Below are positions 45,199 through 55,106 of a stretch of 64,000 nt of DNA, one piece after another. This DNA is from Myxococcota bacterium (GTDB lineage Bacteria > Myxococcota > UBA4151). The position numbers and the translations under genes were made by a program. Where the stretch lies: the NCBI GenBank assembly GCA_036338695.1, contig JAYZBQ010000042.1, forward strand, positions 20,696-84,695. The letters are read 5' to 3'. The notes beneath the pieces are model-generated. The model worked only from the letters and a program-made list of their open reading frames with translations, was not told the DNA's origin and did not search any database. Positions within the stretch are counted from its first letter, which is position 1, and every line of letters begins with the position of its first letter.

Positions 45199-46509
45199 AT
45201 GAACCTGACCGACGTTTTCACTGAGGGCGAACGCCACGCAGGCGCCACGCTGATCGGCGCGGAGCACGAGCTGCTGTGCCTCGATCAAAACGGACGCGTC
45301 CCCGGTTACGGTGGCGCTGACGGGATCGCTGCGGTCCTGAACGGACTGAGTGAAGCCCTCGGCTGGCATCCCGTGCGCGAGGGCAGCGCCGTCATCGGGC
45401 TCGAGGGCCCCAGCGCGAGCGTCACGCTTGAGCCTGGTGGACAGCTGGAGCTCGCAGGGAGCCCCCTTGGGGATCTCCACGCCGTGGCGGACGAGACCCG
45501 CGCCTTCCAACACACCCTGCAAGAGGTTGCGCGCCCGCTCGGGCTGACCTTCATGGGCATGGGGCTGCGGCCTCGGACGCGCCTGTGTGATGTCCCGATG
45601 ATGCCCAAGTCGCGCTATGCGATCATGAAGGAGCTCATGCCGCAGCTGGGGCGACGAAGCCTGGAGATGATGTTCGGCACCGCCACCATCCAGACCAACC
45701 TCGACTATGTCGATGAGGCCGATATGGCGAAGAAGTTCCGCGTGGCGGCGTGTTGGTCCCCGGTTGTCGCCGCCTTGTTCGCCAATTCGCCCTACCAAAA
45801 TGGAGCGCCAAGCGGCCGCATGACAGAACGCTACGCGATCTGGGACCACACGGACGTCCAGCGCTCCGGCCGCTTCGATTGGATGCTGGATCCTCAGCTC
45901 ACCTATCACCAATACGCCGAATGGGCCGCGGCGCAGCGCATGCTGTTCCTGTACCGAGACGGTGCCTACATCCCTGCACCGAACGTGAGCTTTCTCGAGC
46001 ACGCCCGCAGCGATCAGTTCGAGCCGCGCGATTGGCTGCAACACCTAGGCGGCGTCTTCCCCGAGACGCGCCTGAAATCCTTCATCGAGCTCCGCAGCGC
46101 AGACGCCGGCTGCGGTCAAATGGTCGTGGCGCTCAGCGCGCTCTGGACGGGCTTGTTCTACGACCAAGAATCGCTCGATACAGCGCATGAACTGACCCGT
46201 GAGTGGACCTCGGCGAGCTGGCAAAACCTGGCTCATATGGCTGCCCGCAAAGGACTCTCTGGGCGCTGTGACCTCGGCAGCTTGAATGAACTCGCCTCCA
46301 CGCTCGTTAGCTTATCGGCGGCCGGGCTTGGCCGGCGCGCCCGGCGCAACGCGCAGGGCGACGACGAGCAAGTCCATCTTGCGCCCTTGCAACGGCTGGT
46401 CCATGGGGGCGCCAGCCAGGCGGAGCTGATGATCGATCGCTTCGGCGATGACGTGGGCGCCGCCGTCCAGTTTGTCTCCAGAGATCTTTGGGAGTTTCCA
46501 TGGTCCTAA
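45199..46509 (+). CDS. gshA: Glutamate-cysteine ligase (GCS2, plant/alphaproteobacterial type)
   Basis: IGAEHE, TLEPGGQLELAG, MPKSRYAIM, QTNLDY, ALFANSP, FPETRLK.FIELRSAD. Confidence 0.92.
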   Translation: MNLTDVFTEGERHAGATLIGAEHELLCLDQNGRVPGYGGADGIAAVLNGLSEALGWHPVREGSAVIGLEGPSASVTLEPGGQLELAGSPLGDLHAVADETRAFQHTLQEVARPLGLTFMGMGLRPRTRLCDVPMMPKSRYAIMKELMPQLGRRSLEMMFGTATIQTNLDYVDEADMAKKFRVAACWSPVVAALFANSPYQNGAPSGRMTERYAIWDHTDVQRSGRFDWMLDPQLTYHQYAEWAAAQRMLFLYRDGAYIPAPNVSFLEHARSDQFEPRDWLQHLGGVFPETRLKSFIELRSADAGCGQMVVALSALWTGLFYDQESLDTAHELTREWTSASWQNLAHMAARKGLSGRCDLGSLNELASTLVSLSAAGLGRRARRNAQGDDEQVHLAPLQRLVHGGASQAELMIDRFGDDVGAAVQFVSRDLWEFPWS

Positions 46510-47510
46510 GAACGCTTGCGCTCGGACTCCTTCTTCAATCGAGCCTTGCGCTCGGCGCCGGCGTCGGCGTTCAGGTCGACCTGAACCCCATCGTTCCGCT
46601 GGGTAAGAAACCCACGCTCAACGTCGTCATCAAAGAGCGTCTCAAGCTGATCGAGGTCCGCCTGAAACGTAGCGACGGCACGGTGATCAAACGCCAGCAC
46701 AAGAACCCCAAGCGCGGCACCCGCGTGCGCTTCGCCCTCCCTCAGCCCGAAGGGACTCAGCACTACACGGGCGAGATGACCGTTCACTTTCGCAACGGTT
46801 TCGTTGGCAAAATCCCGCTCGAATTTGACGCCTCGGTCCATGGGCCGCTCAAGATCGTGGTGGAGGACAACGGGCTCGATCTCAAGGCGAGGCGCCTGAC
46901 GCTGACCGTCAGCCGCCCGTGCGTCCGCGTCGCCTACAAGATCATCAGCGTCACCGGCAAAAAGTTGGCGAACGAAGAAGAGCTCTTCGAGACCCCGCGC
47001 GCCGCCGGGCAGCCCTTTAGTATTCCCTTGTTGGGGCGGGAAGGGACCATCCTAAAGATCTCGCTCACCGCGTACGACGAGCAAGGCTTCTTCCAGGCCA
47101 TCGATCTGTTCCCATGGAAGGTCGAGATCCCGCATGAGGACGTCGTTTTTGCGAGCGGAAAGGCGAAGATTGTGGCGAGTGAACGCCCCAAACTCGACGC
47201 AGCGGTCAAGCTGATCAAGCCGCAGGTCAAGGTCGCTAAGCGTTGGGCTCCGGTGAAGCTGTTCGTGATCGGTCACACCGACACGGTCGGCGACGCCGCC
47301 AGCAACCGTGCGCTCTCGCTCAAGCGGGCGCGCGCCATCGCCCGCTACCTCAAACAAAAGGGGCGGCTCAACATCCCGGTCCGCTACACCGGTTTGGGCG
47401 AGGACCGCCCCAAGGTTTCGACAGCGGACGAGACGGATGAGCCTGCGAACCGGCGCGCCGAGTACTATCTCGCCATTCAGCCACCCATCACGGGCGTCCG
47501 CTGGCACTAA
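46500..47510 (+). CDS. Exported OmpA-C (peptidoglycan-binding) domain protein
   Basis: Signal peptide; GHTDTVG...N..LS..RA; G.GE..P; NRRAEY. Confidence 0.88.
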   Translation: MVLRTLALGLLLQSSLALGAGVGVQVDLNPIVPLGKKPTLNVVIKERLKLIEVRLKRSDGTVIKRQHKNPKRGTRVRFALPQPEGTQHYTGEMTVHFRNGFVGKIPLEFDASVHGPLKIVVEDNGLDLKARRLTLTVSRPCVRVAYKIISVTGKKLANEEELFETPRAAGQPFSIPLLGREGTILKISLTAYDEQGFFQAIDLFPWKVEIPHEDVVFASGKAKIVASERPKLDAAVKLIKPQVKVAKRWAPVKLFVIGHTDTVGDAASNRALSLKRARAIARYLKQKGRLNIPVRYTGLGEDRPKVSTADETDEPANRRAEYYLAIQPPITGVRWH

Positions 47511-48088
47511 GGCGACGACGCCTGATTGACGATCTGTTGATGGGTCAGCAGCTCACTGATCTGCCCGTCCCGAAAGCGCACCTCTGCGATGCGTTCGAGC
47601 CCAGGACGCTTTCGGCAAGGCGGTAAATCCAACACGCGCCAACGCTCGGCGTCACCACCGACCGGCTGAAAGCAGCCCAACCAGTAGCGCTCGAAGTCGG
47701 CTCGAAACGAGCCGACCTGCAGCGCTTTCATCCAGATCGCCTCAGTCGGGTCTGCGCTCGCTAGTTGAGGCAGCGCCTCTTCGCCGGCGCCGTCAAAGAC
47801 ATCCTCAGCGCGCAGCGCCTCCTCCTCGATCGGGTTGCGCGCTTGCGTCCTGCGGATGCGCGCCGCCAGGGCGATCGCCTCATCGCGCACGGTATCCGGC
47901 CCCTCAAACTGGTCCAGCGCACGTAAAACCCGCGCAACCTCCTCGCCATGCAAACCGCTGACGAAGTCCTGCTTGATCGCCGCGGAGTACGCCGTCCTGA
48001 TGTCATCGAGGCGCCGCTGGGCTTCGCCCTCGTCGGCACAACCAAGCGCCAACGTGAGCAGGGCGAGCGACAAGAAGCAGCGGCGCAT
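47507..48088 (-). CDS. Hypothetical lipoprotein following pilY1
   Basis: Start 48088 (TGATG overlap with the pilY1 stop); lipobox ALGC. Confidence 0.7.
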   Translation of the reverse strand: MRRCFLSLALLTLALGCADEGEAQRRLDDIRTAYSAAIKQDFVSGLHGEEVARVLRALDQFEGPDTVRDEAIALAARIRRTQARNPIEEEALRAEDVFDGAGEEALPQLASADPTEAIWMKALQVGSFRADFERYWLGCFQPVGGDAERWRVLDLPPCRKRPGLERIAEVRFRDGQISELLTHQQIVNQASSP

Positions 48089-51000
48089 CAGTACACTTCG
48101 CGCCAATGCATGATCAGGTTCTTAGGCCGCGACTGATTCGGCTGCGTCTCCGGGGTGGCGTTGTTGTTGAATCCGTCCACAGGAACCAGCTCGACCCCGG
48201 CGTTGGTGACACGTCCCAAGGTCTTGAGCTGCCCCGAGTTGTAATAATACAAGCGCCCGTCCGCTAAGAAGGTTGGCGGCGCAGGCTCGGAGGAGCAGGT
48301 GGTCTCGCGCGGATCGCAGATGATCTCGTTGCAGGTCTCGGTGCAGGTATCGAGGTCGACGCAGCGCATCCGCTGGATCGCGCCGGCGCAGCCTCCACCC
48401 CCTTGAACCGTGGTGTAGATAGCGACCCCTTTCGAGACGATCGGTGATGAGACCGCGTACTCCTGCGCTCCCAGTCGTGCGTTGCGAGCTCGCGTCAGGT
48501 CGCACCCGGCGCGCAACGCCGAACCACGTGGGTCGCGCGGCTGCTGCTCTCGCAGGACGCGCACGGTCCCGCGCCGCACCGGCCGGCCTTGCCCCCCGAC
48601 GTCGGCCGCCGTTGCGATCAAGTTGAACTGGGCTGCGTCCCGCTCGCGCATGTCGATAACCGGCGCGCCTAGCTGCGCTCGGCGGCCCAAAAGACCGTCA
48701 GCGCCTGTACGCTCCGTCAAGCGCCACGCCGCGCCGTCCGTTCGCCCTCGCCCGTGCAGATCGAGGGTCAACATCCGCCCGCTGGTGGTCCCGACGTATG
48801 CAAGGTCGAGCGCCCCGTCGCCATCACGATCGATCGCTGAGACGTCGGTCATGATGCCCTCGCCGCGGAACTGCGAGAGCACGTAGCGATGCATGACCCG
48901 ACCGGTCGTCAGGTCCACGACCATCACCGCCGGCAGATCCCGGCACCAATCTTTCGGACAGCCAGCACCTCGCGGGTATTGTCCGTTTCCGATGCCCGAC
49001 GCGACGATCATCACCGGCTTAGTCCGGTCGCCGCCAATATCCACATAGCCCACGGCGGGGGTCGAGTGGACCTCGCCGAGGAAGCGATCGCCAAACTCGA
49101 ACACCGGCACGGGCTCGAGCGGCTTGGAGACGTCCAAGACGACGATCTTCTTCGCGCCCACCGCCGGGCAGATAAGCAACGACGACCAGCCCCCGCGTTC
49201 TTCGGCTTGCTCGAGGTTGAGCTTGGCTTCAAAGGCTCGGCAGCGCCCGTTCATCAGGCTCGGCTTGTCACCACGAAACCCTGCAAAGTCAGCCGTAAAG
49301 ACATCTCGTAGCAGCTTGTGGTTGGCGCGCGGCAGGTAAGCCCACGCCTCCTCGCCCGCCTCATGCGTCTGGCGCTGGGGCGCAAAGCCGTCAGCGCTCG
49401 ACGCGTTCAAAAAGAAGGCGTGGATCAGGTGCCCTGCACCGACATAAGCCATGGGCGGATTACCGCCTACGACCGATGCGTAGAGCTTATAGCTTGCGTC
49501 CGTATCTTGGCGCGTCGTGTTACGACCAAAGCGCGGCGTCACGGGTGAGCTGTGCACTAGCGGGCCCAGCTTCCAGACCCCATCGTCGTCGATAAACCCA
49601 CGGCGCTTATCCACGATCTCATCGCCCACGCGAGCATCCGGCTGGGTCGTGTCGATGTGGGCGCCGCGCAGCTTCATGATCATACGCGACATGGCGACGC
49701 GCCGGTCATAGTCGTCGCTTGCGTTTCCGTTCTCGTTCAAATCGGGGACATCCCAACAGCGCGCATTGTTGGGCGCATTGAGCGGACAACGAAGGTCGAA
49801 TGAGCGGTACCACTGCATCCGCTCACGCCGCGGGATGGGCCAGATGACCTCTGATCGCTTGAGCGACCCCGTCCGCCAGTTCGCTGGGGGGGTGTCGCTC
49901 TCTTGCACCTCGATCCCCGTGTAAATACGGCGCGGCGTCCGCACGCTCGCCCGCCCAGACCGGTCCGGATAGCTCGTGCGTCGAGACAAGCGCTCGCCAG
50001 CGTCCCAGAGGATGCTCGGATCGCCTCGAAAGGTCCACTCGCCCGAGAACGGCTGGTCCTCATGAAACAAGCGAAAGGCGTACAGCCGACCACGGTTCCC
50101 TGGCTGCTGGACAATCGGCACGAGGATCCCGTTATCGACCACACGCCCCACGTCACTCGGGACCGTCCACAGCGTCGTCACCTCTGCTCGACCGCCCTGG
50201 TACTCGCCGCTCAAGGCCGTCTGAACGGCATCTTCGAGGACATTGTGGAGCTCCTCAGGGGTTCGCGCATAGAGCGCTCGACCCACATTGTTGTTCACGA
50301 CGTATGGCATCGTCGGGTGAATCGCCTGCCCGCCCGTGCGCGCCAGCGCATCGAGATTGCTGCGCGCCGTGACGTTGAGGTAGTGCGGACCAAAGCCGAC
50401 CACGATGGTGTCGGAGGCAGCGACACCGAGCGAGCGGCTCCGGTTCTGGCTGATCGTATTTTGAATCTGCGAGACGCTGTTGTTCGCGGTCGAGCATGTG
50501 CTCAAGCCCCGGTGGTCCCAACTGTCCGTGATCAACATCGTGAAGTGCTTGCGACATTGCTCATCCGCTGCCGAGCCGCGCTGCACGTTGCGCTGGTGCA
50601 CATACCGAGCCGCCATCATCATGCCCTGCACGTTACTTGCGCCCAGCCCGCGCATCTCCACCGGCCCTTGAGCGTCGACCCACGAGACAAACTCGCTGCG
50701 GTTGTTCTCGATCGGTTGCGAATCGACCGAGATGAAGTTCCGCCGGACGTCGCGCCGGTTGAAGTCACCGACCGAGCGACCCCAGCAGCACTGATTCCTT
50801 GAGTTGCACCGGCTGTTACTCCCTTCGGGACCCCACATCGGCAGGCTCTGACGCGCCCCGCGCGGTCCCGCGGGGTAGCGATAATTCGCGGCCTCGGCCG
50901 TCTGCCCAAGGTCTGCGTTCTGCCCCGGCCTCAAGAGGGTCATACGGAGCCCCTCAGCGGTCTCAAACTGACCGCGTAACGCCGTGCGCAGATGCTGCAA

Positions 51001-51252
51001 ACGAGAGCGCCCTTCGCCCAGGCGGCACAGCGTCCGACCCCCACGAAAACGCGGGTTTCGATCGCCGTCACCATAGACCTGGTTGCGCTCAAATGAACCG
51101 CACCAATCGTACGTCATAGAGGCGTGGTTATCGACGGCGATCACGAGGTCGGGCTCGACCGCCTGTTCGACCGTTCGAGGCTTGTAGTCGGCCGAGGCGG
51201 TGCCCGCCGAGACGAGGATGATGATGGCGAGCGCACGAAACAGCATGGTCAC
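48088..51252 (-). CDS. pilY1: PilY1/PilC-like pilus tip adhesin (vWA-like N-terminus plus beta-propeller)
   Basis: WDAGERL, WKLGPLVHSSP, GEEAWAYLP, Ca loop DRDGDGALD; follows the minor pilin genes. Confidence 0.85.
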   Translation of the reverse strand: MTMLFRALAIIILVSAGTASADYKPRTVEQAVEPDLVIAVDNHASMTYDWCGSFERNQVYGDGDRNPRFRGGRTLCRLGEGRSRLQHLRTALRGQFETAEGLRMTLLRPGQNADLGQTAEAANYRYPAGPRGARQSLPMWGPEGSNSRCNSRNQCCWGRSVGDFNRRDVRRNFISVDSQPIENNRSEFVSWVDAQGPVEMRGLGASNVQGMMMAARYVHQRNVQRGSAADEQCRKHFTMLITDSWDHRGLSTCSTANNSVSQIQNTISQNRSRSLGVAASDTIVVGFGPHYLNVTARSNLDALARTGGQAIHPTMPYVVNNNVGRALYARTPEELHNVLEDAVQTALSGEYQGGRAEVTTLWTVPSDVGRVVDNGILVPIVQQPGNRGRLYAFRLFHEDQPFSGEWTFRGDPSILWDAGERLSRRTSYPDRSGRASVRTPRRIYTGIEVQESDTPPANWRTGSLKRSEVIWPIPRRERMQWYRSFDLRCPLNAPNNARCWDVPDLNENGNASDDYDRRVAMSRMIMKLRGAHIDTTQPDARVGDEIVDKRRGFIDDDGVWKLGPLVHSSPVTPRFGRNTTRQDTDASYKLYASVVGGNPPMAYVGAGHLIHAFFLNASSADGFAPQRQTHEAGEEAWAYLPRANHKLLRDVFTADFAGFRGDKPSLMNGRCRAFEAKLNLEQAEERGGWSSLLICPAVGAKKIVVLDVSKPLEPVPVFEFGDRFLGEVHSTPAVGYVDIGGDRTKPVMIVASGIGNGQYPRGAGCPKDWCRDLPAVMVVDLTTGRVMHRYVLSQFRGEGIMTDVSAIDRDGDGALDLAYVGTTSGRMLTLDLHGRGRTDGAAWRLTERTGADGLLGRRAQLGAPVIDMRERDAAQFNLIATAADVGGQGRPVRRGTVRVLREQQPRDPRGSALRAGCDLTRARNARLGAQEYAVSSPIVSKGVAIYTTVQGGGGCAGAIQRMRCVDLDTCTETCNEIICDPRETTCSSEPAPPTFLADGRLYYYNSGQLKTLGRVTNAGVELVPVDGFNNNATPETQPNQSRPKNLIMHWREVY

Positions 51253-51815
51253 CTCCGCTCAGGCGGGGTCGGCAGCGTCACGCCACCTCCACCGCTCGCT
51301 ACTTGCGTCTGCAGCGCCTCAGCGCTCAAACCGCCTTGTGACTCCCGATCCAACACGGCGCTGGTGGGGTCAAACTGTTCCAACGTCACCGAGACGCTGC
51401 TGCTAGCGAGGATGCGATCCCCTCGCTTCACCTCACCGATGCTCGTGACTCGGATTTGGTTCGAAGGCAGCCTCGAGCCATCAGGCCGGCAGCAAAACCC
51501 GACCTGGACGCGGTAGTGGCCGCGTCGCGTGTTGGCGTTGCCGTCGACGGGCGTCGACGTGATGATCTCGTAATTTTCTCGCCCGCCCGCTGTCGAAGCG
51601 ACCTGGTCTGGGCCCATCCCAAGCGAGACAAAATGGGTCAGCCCCGCCTCCGCAGCGAAACGCGCCGCCTTGGCGCGGCGGCGGTTAGCGGACAGGCCGA
51701 TCTCGTCCCAGGTCACGGCGCTTAGGCCCATCGCCAGCATGGCGATCATGGTCGTCATCACCACCGTGATAATCAGCGCCATCCCGCGACGCTCTGTCGG
51801 GTCACGCCACATCAT
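51249..51815 (-). CDS. pilX: PilX-like minor pilin
   Basis: RRG|MALII (no Glu5), A..AAEAGL motif. Start set at 51815 by ATGA overlap. Confidence 0.8.
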   Translation of the reverse strand: MMWRDPTERRGMALIITVVMTTMIAMLAMGLSAVTWDEIGLSANRRRAKAARFAAEAGLTHFVSLGMGPDQVASTAGGRENYEIITSTPVDGNANTRRGHYRVQVGFCCRPDGSRLPSNQIRVTSIGEVKRGDRILASSSVSVTLEQFDPTSAVLDRESQGGLSAEALQTQVASGGGGVTLPTPPERR

Positions 51816-52738
51816 CCGCGCCGCCCCTCGATGTACGCCCGCCACGTCAAAAGGTTCTTCGTCGTCAGACCGACCTCAACCAGACGCAGGTTGTTGCTCG
51901 AGCGGCGCATGTTCTCCGGGTTGCAAGTATAGCCCCGACCGCCCGGCAAGTCGCGGCCGTCACTCACGCAGAAGCGGACGTGCATCCCAGCGATCAGGCT
52001 GCCCGTCGTGAGCGCCTCATAGTCTCGAACATCCACGCCGCCGCGCCCGTCGACCTCGAACAGGTCGTTGGGGACCCGCTGCCCGTTAGGCGTCTGGACG
52101 GCGCGCCCGACCGGGTTCGCCAGGTTGAGGTGCCGGTCCACCTCGCGCCGCCCTCGCCGCGTGACCAAGACGTCGTAGCGGAACGGCTTCCCGTCGTCGG
52201 GAATCACCAAGTTCTCAAGCAGCGTCATGCACTGCCAGCCGTTGTTGACCCCCGTCCGGTACGCTCGACGCAGCCGCCAGAGGTTGCGCGGCTGGTCGTA
52301 GCGCTCAAAGACGTAAACGACCTCCTCATCGAGCCCCTCAAGGCGACCGTCAGGCACCTGGTTTCGTTGACCCATCTGAAAGCCCTGGACCTCGCTCGGG
52401 AAACGATCCGAGCGCAGCACGACCTGCTGCGGTCCCGGGATCAAGCCCACGCTCGGGCTACGCGCCATCGCTCGAGCGTCTACTGAGCAGAAGTCGCCGC
52501 CGGGGAAGTTATCGCGACGATCCACCTCACCGCCTCCCCAGCGGTGACCCGCCAGCTCGACGTCCGCTCGCAGCAGATCCATGGCGGACTGCGCCGCCGA
52601 GTTCTGGTCGACCTTCCGGTTGATCTTCTCTGCGCCGCCTTGAAGGTTGACGGCGATCGAGAAGATGAGCGACATCAACACCATGGACAGCGACACGGCG
52701 ATCATCAACTCGTTCAGGCTGTGTCCGCGGCGCATCAT
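51812..52738 (-). CDS. pilW: PilW-like minor pilin
   Basis: RRG|HSLNELMIA prepilin helix; Q...AQ.AMD.L..D..LAG motif. Confidence 0.78.
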   Translation of the reverse strand: MMRRGHSLNELMIAVSLSMVLMSLIFSIAVNLQGGAEKINRKVDQNSAAQSAMDLLRADVELAGHRWGGGEVDRRDNFPGGDFCSVDARAMARSPSVGLIPGPQQVVLRSDRFPSEVQGFQMGQRNQVPDGRLEGLDEEVVYVFERYDQPRNLWRLRRAYRTGVNNGWQCMTLLENLVIPDDGKPFRYDVLVTRRGRREVDRHLNLANPVGRAVQTPNGQRVPNDLFEVDGRGGVDVRDYEALTTGSLIAGMHVRFCVSDGRDLPGGRGYTCNPENMRRSSNNLRLVEVGLTTKNLLTWRAYIEGRRG

Positions 52739-53235
52739 CTCGCCACCCTCACCACGCCCTTGACCGAGCGAACACGCCCCTTGCCACGGCGCCAGCTCAC
52801 GGTCACGGTCACGTTATCAATCGCAGGCGCACCCGCCATACGGTCTTCTCGCTTGGTCTCCCATTGGATGGTGTAGCGGTCGTCGATGTCCGAGCGAGAG
52901 ATCAAGTTGTTGTCACCGATCACCGTACAGTCCCGTGGCGTCGGCGCTCGCCGGTCATCGGAGCGCAGGTAGTAGCACTGCGTTCCGCTGTCGGGCGCTC
53001 GCGAGACGTCAGCAGGGAACCCGTTGGGTCCCGGCAGCTTGGCGCCGATCTGTCGGGCGCCGACTACCCGATCCATGACCATCGTCAGCGCCTCATTCGC
53101 TCGCCCCATATCGTAGCTATTCCGCCCCGAGTTGGCGCTCATCAGCACCAGCGGGAGCGTCCCCATCAGAATGAGGATGAAGACCACCGACGACACCAAC
53201 ACCTCGATCAGCGTAAACCCCTGCTTCAGCGCCAT
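52735..53235 (-). CDS. pilV: PilV-like minor pilin
   Basis: QG|FTLIEVLV; C-terminal VTVTVSW. Confidence 0.8.
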   Translation of the reverse strand: MALKQGFTLIEVLVSSVVFILILMGTLPLVLMSANSGRNSYDMGRANEALTMVMDRVVGARQIGAKLPGPNGFPADVSRAPDSGTQCYYLRSDDRRAPTPRDCTVIGDNNLISRSDIDDRYTIQWETKREDRMAGAPAIDNVTVTVSWRRGKGRVRSVKGVVRVAR

Positions 53236-53876
53236 GCGTCACCTCGCCAGGCGTAGATGCGGCTCGAGCCCGTCATACCGTTGAAAGCCACGACGCGGGT
53301 CAGCCAGACCCTCTGAAAACCCCCGTTCGCCTTGCGTGCCACCGAGAAAGACCCCACCACCGGCCTGCCACCGAAATCGACGAAGCGACCTTTGGGGGTT
53401 GCAAAGATGACGTAACCACCTGTGCAAAAACTGCACGACTTGGGGTCCAATCCTGCATACACCTCAGGCAGCGGTCCGAGGCTGTCGATCACCGTGCCGT
53501 CCCCGATGTGCACGTTCTTCGGCCAATCCTTCTTGTCCTCACCCCGCCTCAGACGCGCCGTCAGAATGCGCAGCGTGACGTGGAAACGCGGGTTGAACAT
53601 CGAGAAGTCGCTGGCGCTGCGCGTGACGAACACGCGGATCTCATTTCGGTCTCTATCTAACTGAATCGCCACGTTCTTTTGCTGTCGTATCGCCTCACTT
53701 CGTGCCAACCGGAACGCCATCATCGCTTGCCGCGCAGCGGAGTTTGCGGCGCGCCGATCGCGCCCACCGGTGAGGTTGGGCATCGCCATCACGGCGAGCA
53801 TACCGGTCACGGCTACGACCGTCAGCAACTCCACCATGGTCATCCCTTTGCGACGCAAAACTTCACCGCTCCTCAT
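53226..53876 (-). CDS. fimU: FimT/FimU-like minor pilin
   Basis: KG|MTMVELL...AMP; ARSEAI motif. Confidence 0.82.
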   Translation of the reverse strand: MRSGEVLRRKGMTMVELLTVVAVTGMLAVMAMPNLTGGRDRRAANSAARQAMMAFRLARSEAIRQQKNVAIQLDRDRNEIRVFVTRSASDFSMFNPRFHVTLRILTARLRRGEDKKDWPKNVHIGDGTVIDSLGPLPEVYAGLDPKSCSFCTGGYVIFATPKGRFVDFGGRPVVGSFSVARKANGGFQRVWLTRVVAFNGMTGSSRIYAWRGDAWR

Positions 53877-53896
53877 GCGATTCTCGCCGTGGAAAG

Positions 53897-53912
53897 TGCA
53901 GACTTCGTGCCA
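53897..53912 (-). promoter_or_regulatory. Sigma54 promoter for the fimU-pilVWX-pilY1 operon
   Basis: TGGCAC-GAAGT-CTGCA in the 42-nt intergenic gap. Confidence 0.7.
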
Positions 53913-53918
53913 GCTTGA

Positions 53919-55106
53919 TCAGGTCTCGAGTAATGACCGATACAGCGCTGCGTGCATCGGCGTGACGTGACGCGCATCAAAAGCGTCCAACCCCCTGTGT
54001 GCCTGCGCGGCGATCTGCGCGCGACGCTCCGGATCGTTCCAGAGTGAGCGCAGCGCAGCGGCGGCTTGATCCGGCCGACGAGGATCAACGATGGCGCCCA
54101 AGCGACCGTAGTCGATCGCCTCCGGATTGCCGCAAGTCTCGCTGACGACGCAGGGCACGCCCGCGGCGCGCGCCTCAAGGAGGCTGCGAGGCAAACCCTC
54201 CCACAGGCTGATCAACAAAAACAGGTCGATGGCGCTGAGCATGTCCACGACCCGGTCGCTCCAACCGAGCAGGTGCACTCGGCTCGCAAGCTGAGGGTCT
54301 TGCGCCAAGCGAGTGCGCACGCTGTGCATCTCATCGCCGTCGCCGATCCAAACAAAATGGGCGGTTGGCTGATGTGCGAGGAACGCAGCGAACGCTTCAA
54401 CGTGATCCAGAGGCGCTTTCTGCGGCTTGAAGCACGCAACCGTCCCGATCACCGGTACCGCCTCCGGGATCCCCAGCTCAGCCCGCAGCGCGGCGCCGAG
54501 CTCGGGCTTGCGGGCATACGCTGCGACGTCGATCCCCGAGCGGATCACGCTGCTGCGCGCCTCGGTCATGAGCCCCTTGGCGATCCCAAACTGCCGATCA
54601 GCTTGGGCGACCGTCAGCACCCAATCCGAGAAAAAGCGCATCCCCTGCTCGACCCGAAGCAGCGCAGCTCGGGTAACGTCGGACCCTCCTGCGTGAAAGC
54701 CGAAACCGTGCACCGTGTGGACGACCGAATGCGCGCCTGCTAGCTTCGCCGCCACCCGACCGATCACGCCCGCTTTCGAGCTGTGGGTGTGGACGATCAC
54801 CGGTCGCTCGGAACAATGAGGTCTCAGCGCACGTACTGTCTGCATCAGCCCGCGTAGGTCCGAGGCGGCGCCCATATCTCGCTGTAAGGCAGGCAGCGGC
54901 ATCAGCGACAGGTCCTCGACAGCGAGCGCTTGATCGTCGAGGAACCCGCCGGGACCATACGCAAGCCCGACGTCGAATTCAGTTCTTGGGAGTTCGCGCA
55001 CGATCTGCAATGTCTGACGCTGCGCACCGCCGTTCTCAAGACGCGTGACCATGTGGACGATTAACGGGCGCAATGGAGAGTCCTCTTGAGGTGGCGAGAC
55101 CTGCAT
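53919..55106 (-). CDS. GT4-family glycosyltransferase
   Basis: GGAQ, VHTHSSKAG, HTVHG, S.WEGLP..LLEA.A.G.P. Confidence 0.9.
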   Translation of the reverse strand: MQVSPPQEDSPLRPLIVHMVTRLENGGAQRQTLQIVRELPRTEFDVGLAYGPGGFLDDQALAVEDLSLMPLPALQRDMGAASDLRGLMQTVRALRPHCSERPVIVHTHSSKAGVIGRVAAKLAGAHSVVHTVHGFGFHAGGSDVTRAALLRVEQGMRFFSDWVLTVAQADRQFGIAKGLMTEARSSVIRSGIDVAAYARKPELGAALRAELGIPEAVPVIGTVACFKPQKAPLDHVEAFAAFLAHQPTAHFVWIGDGDEMHSVRTRLAQDPQLASRVHLLGWSDRVVDMLSAIDLFLLISLWEGLPRSLLEARAAGVPCVVSETCGNPEAIDYGRLGAIVDPRRPDQAAAALRSLWNDPERRAQIAAQAHRGLDAFDARHVTPMHAALYRSLLET

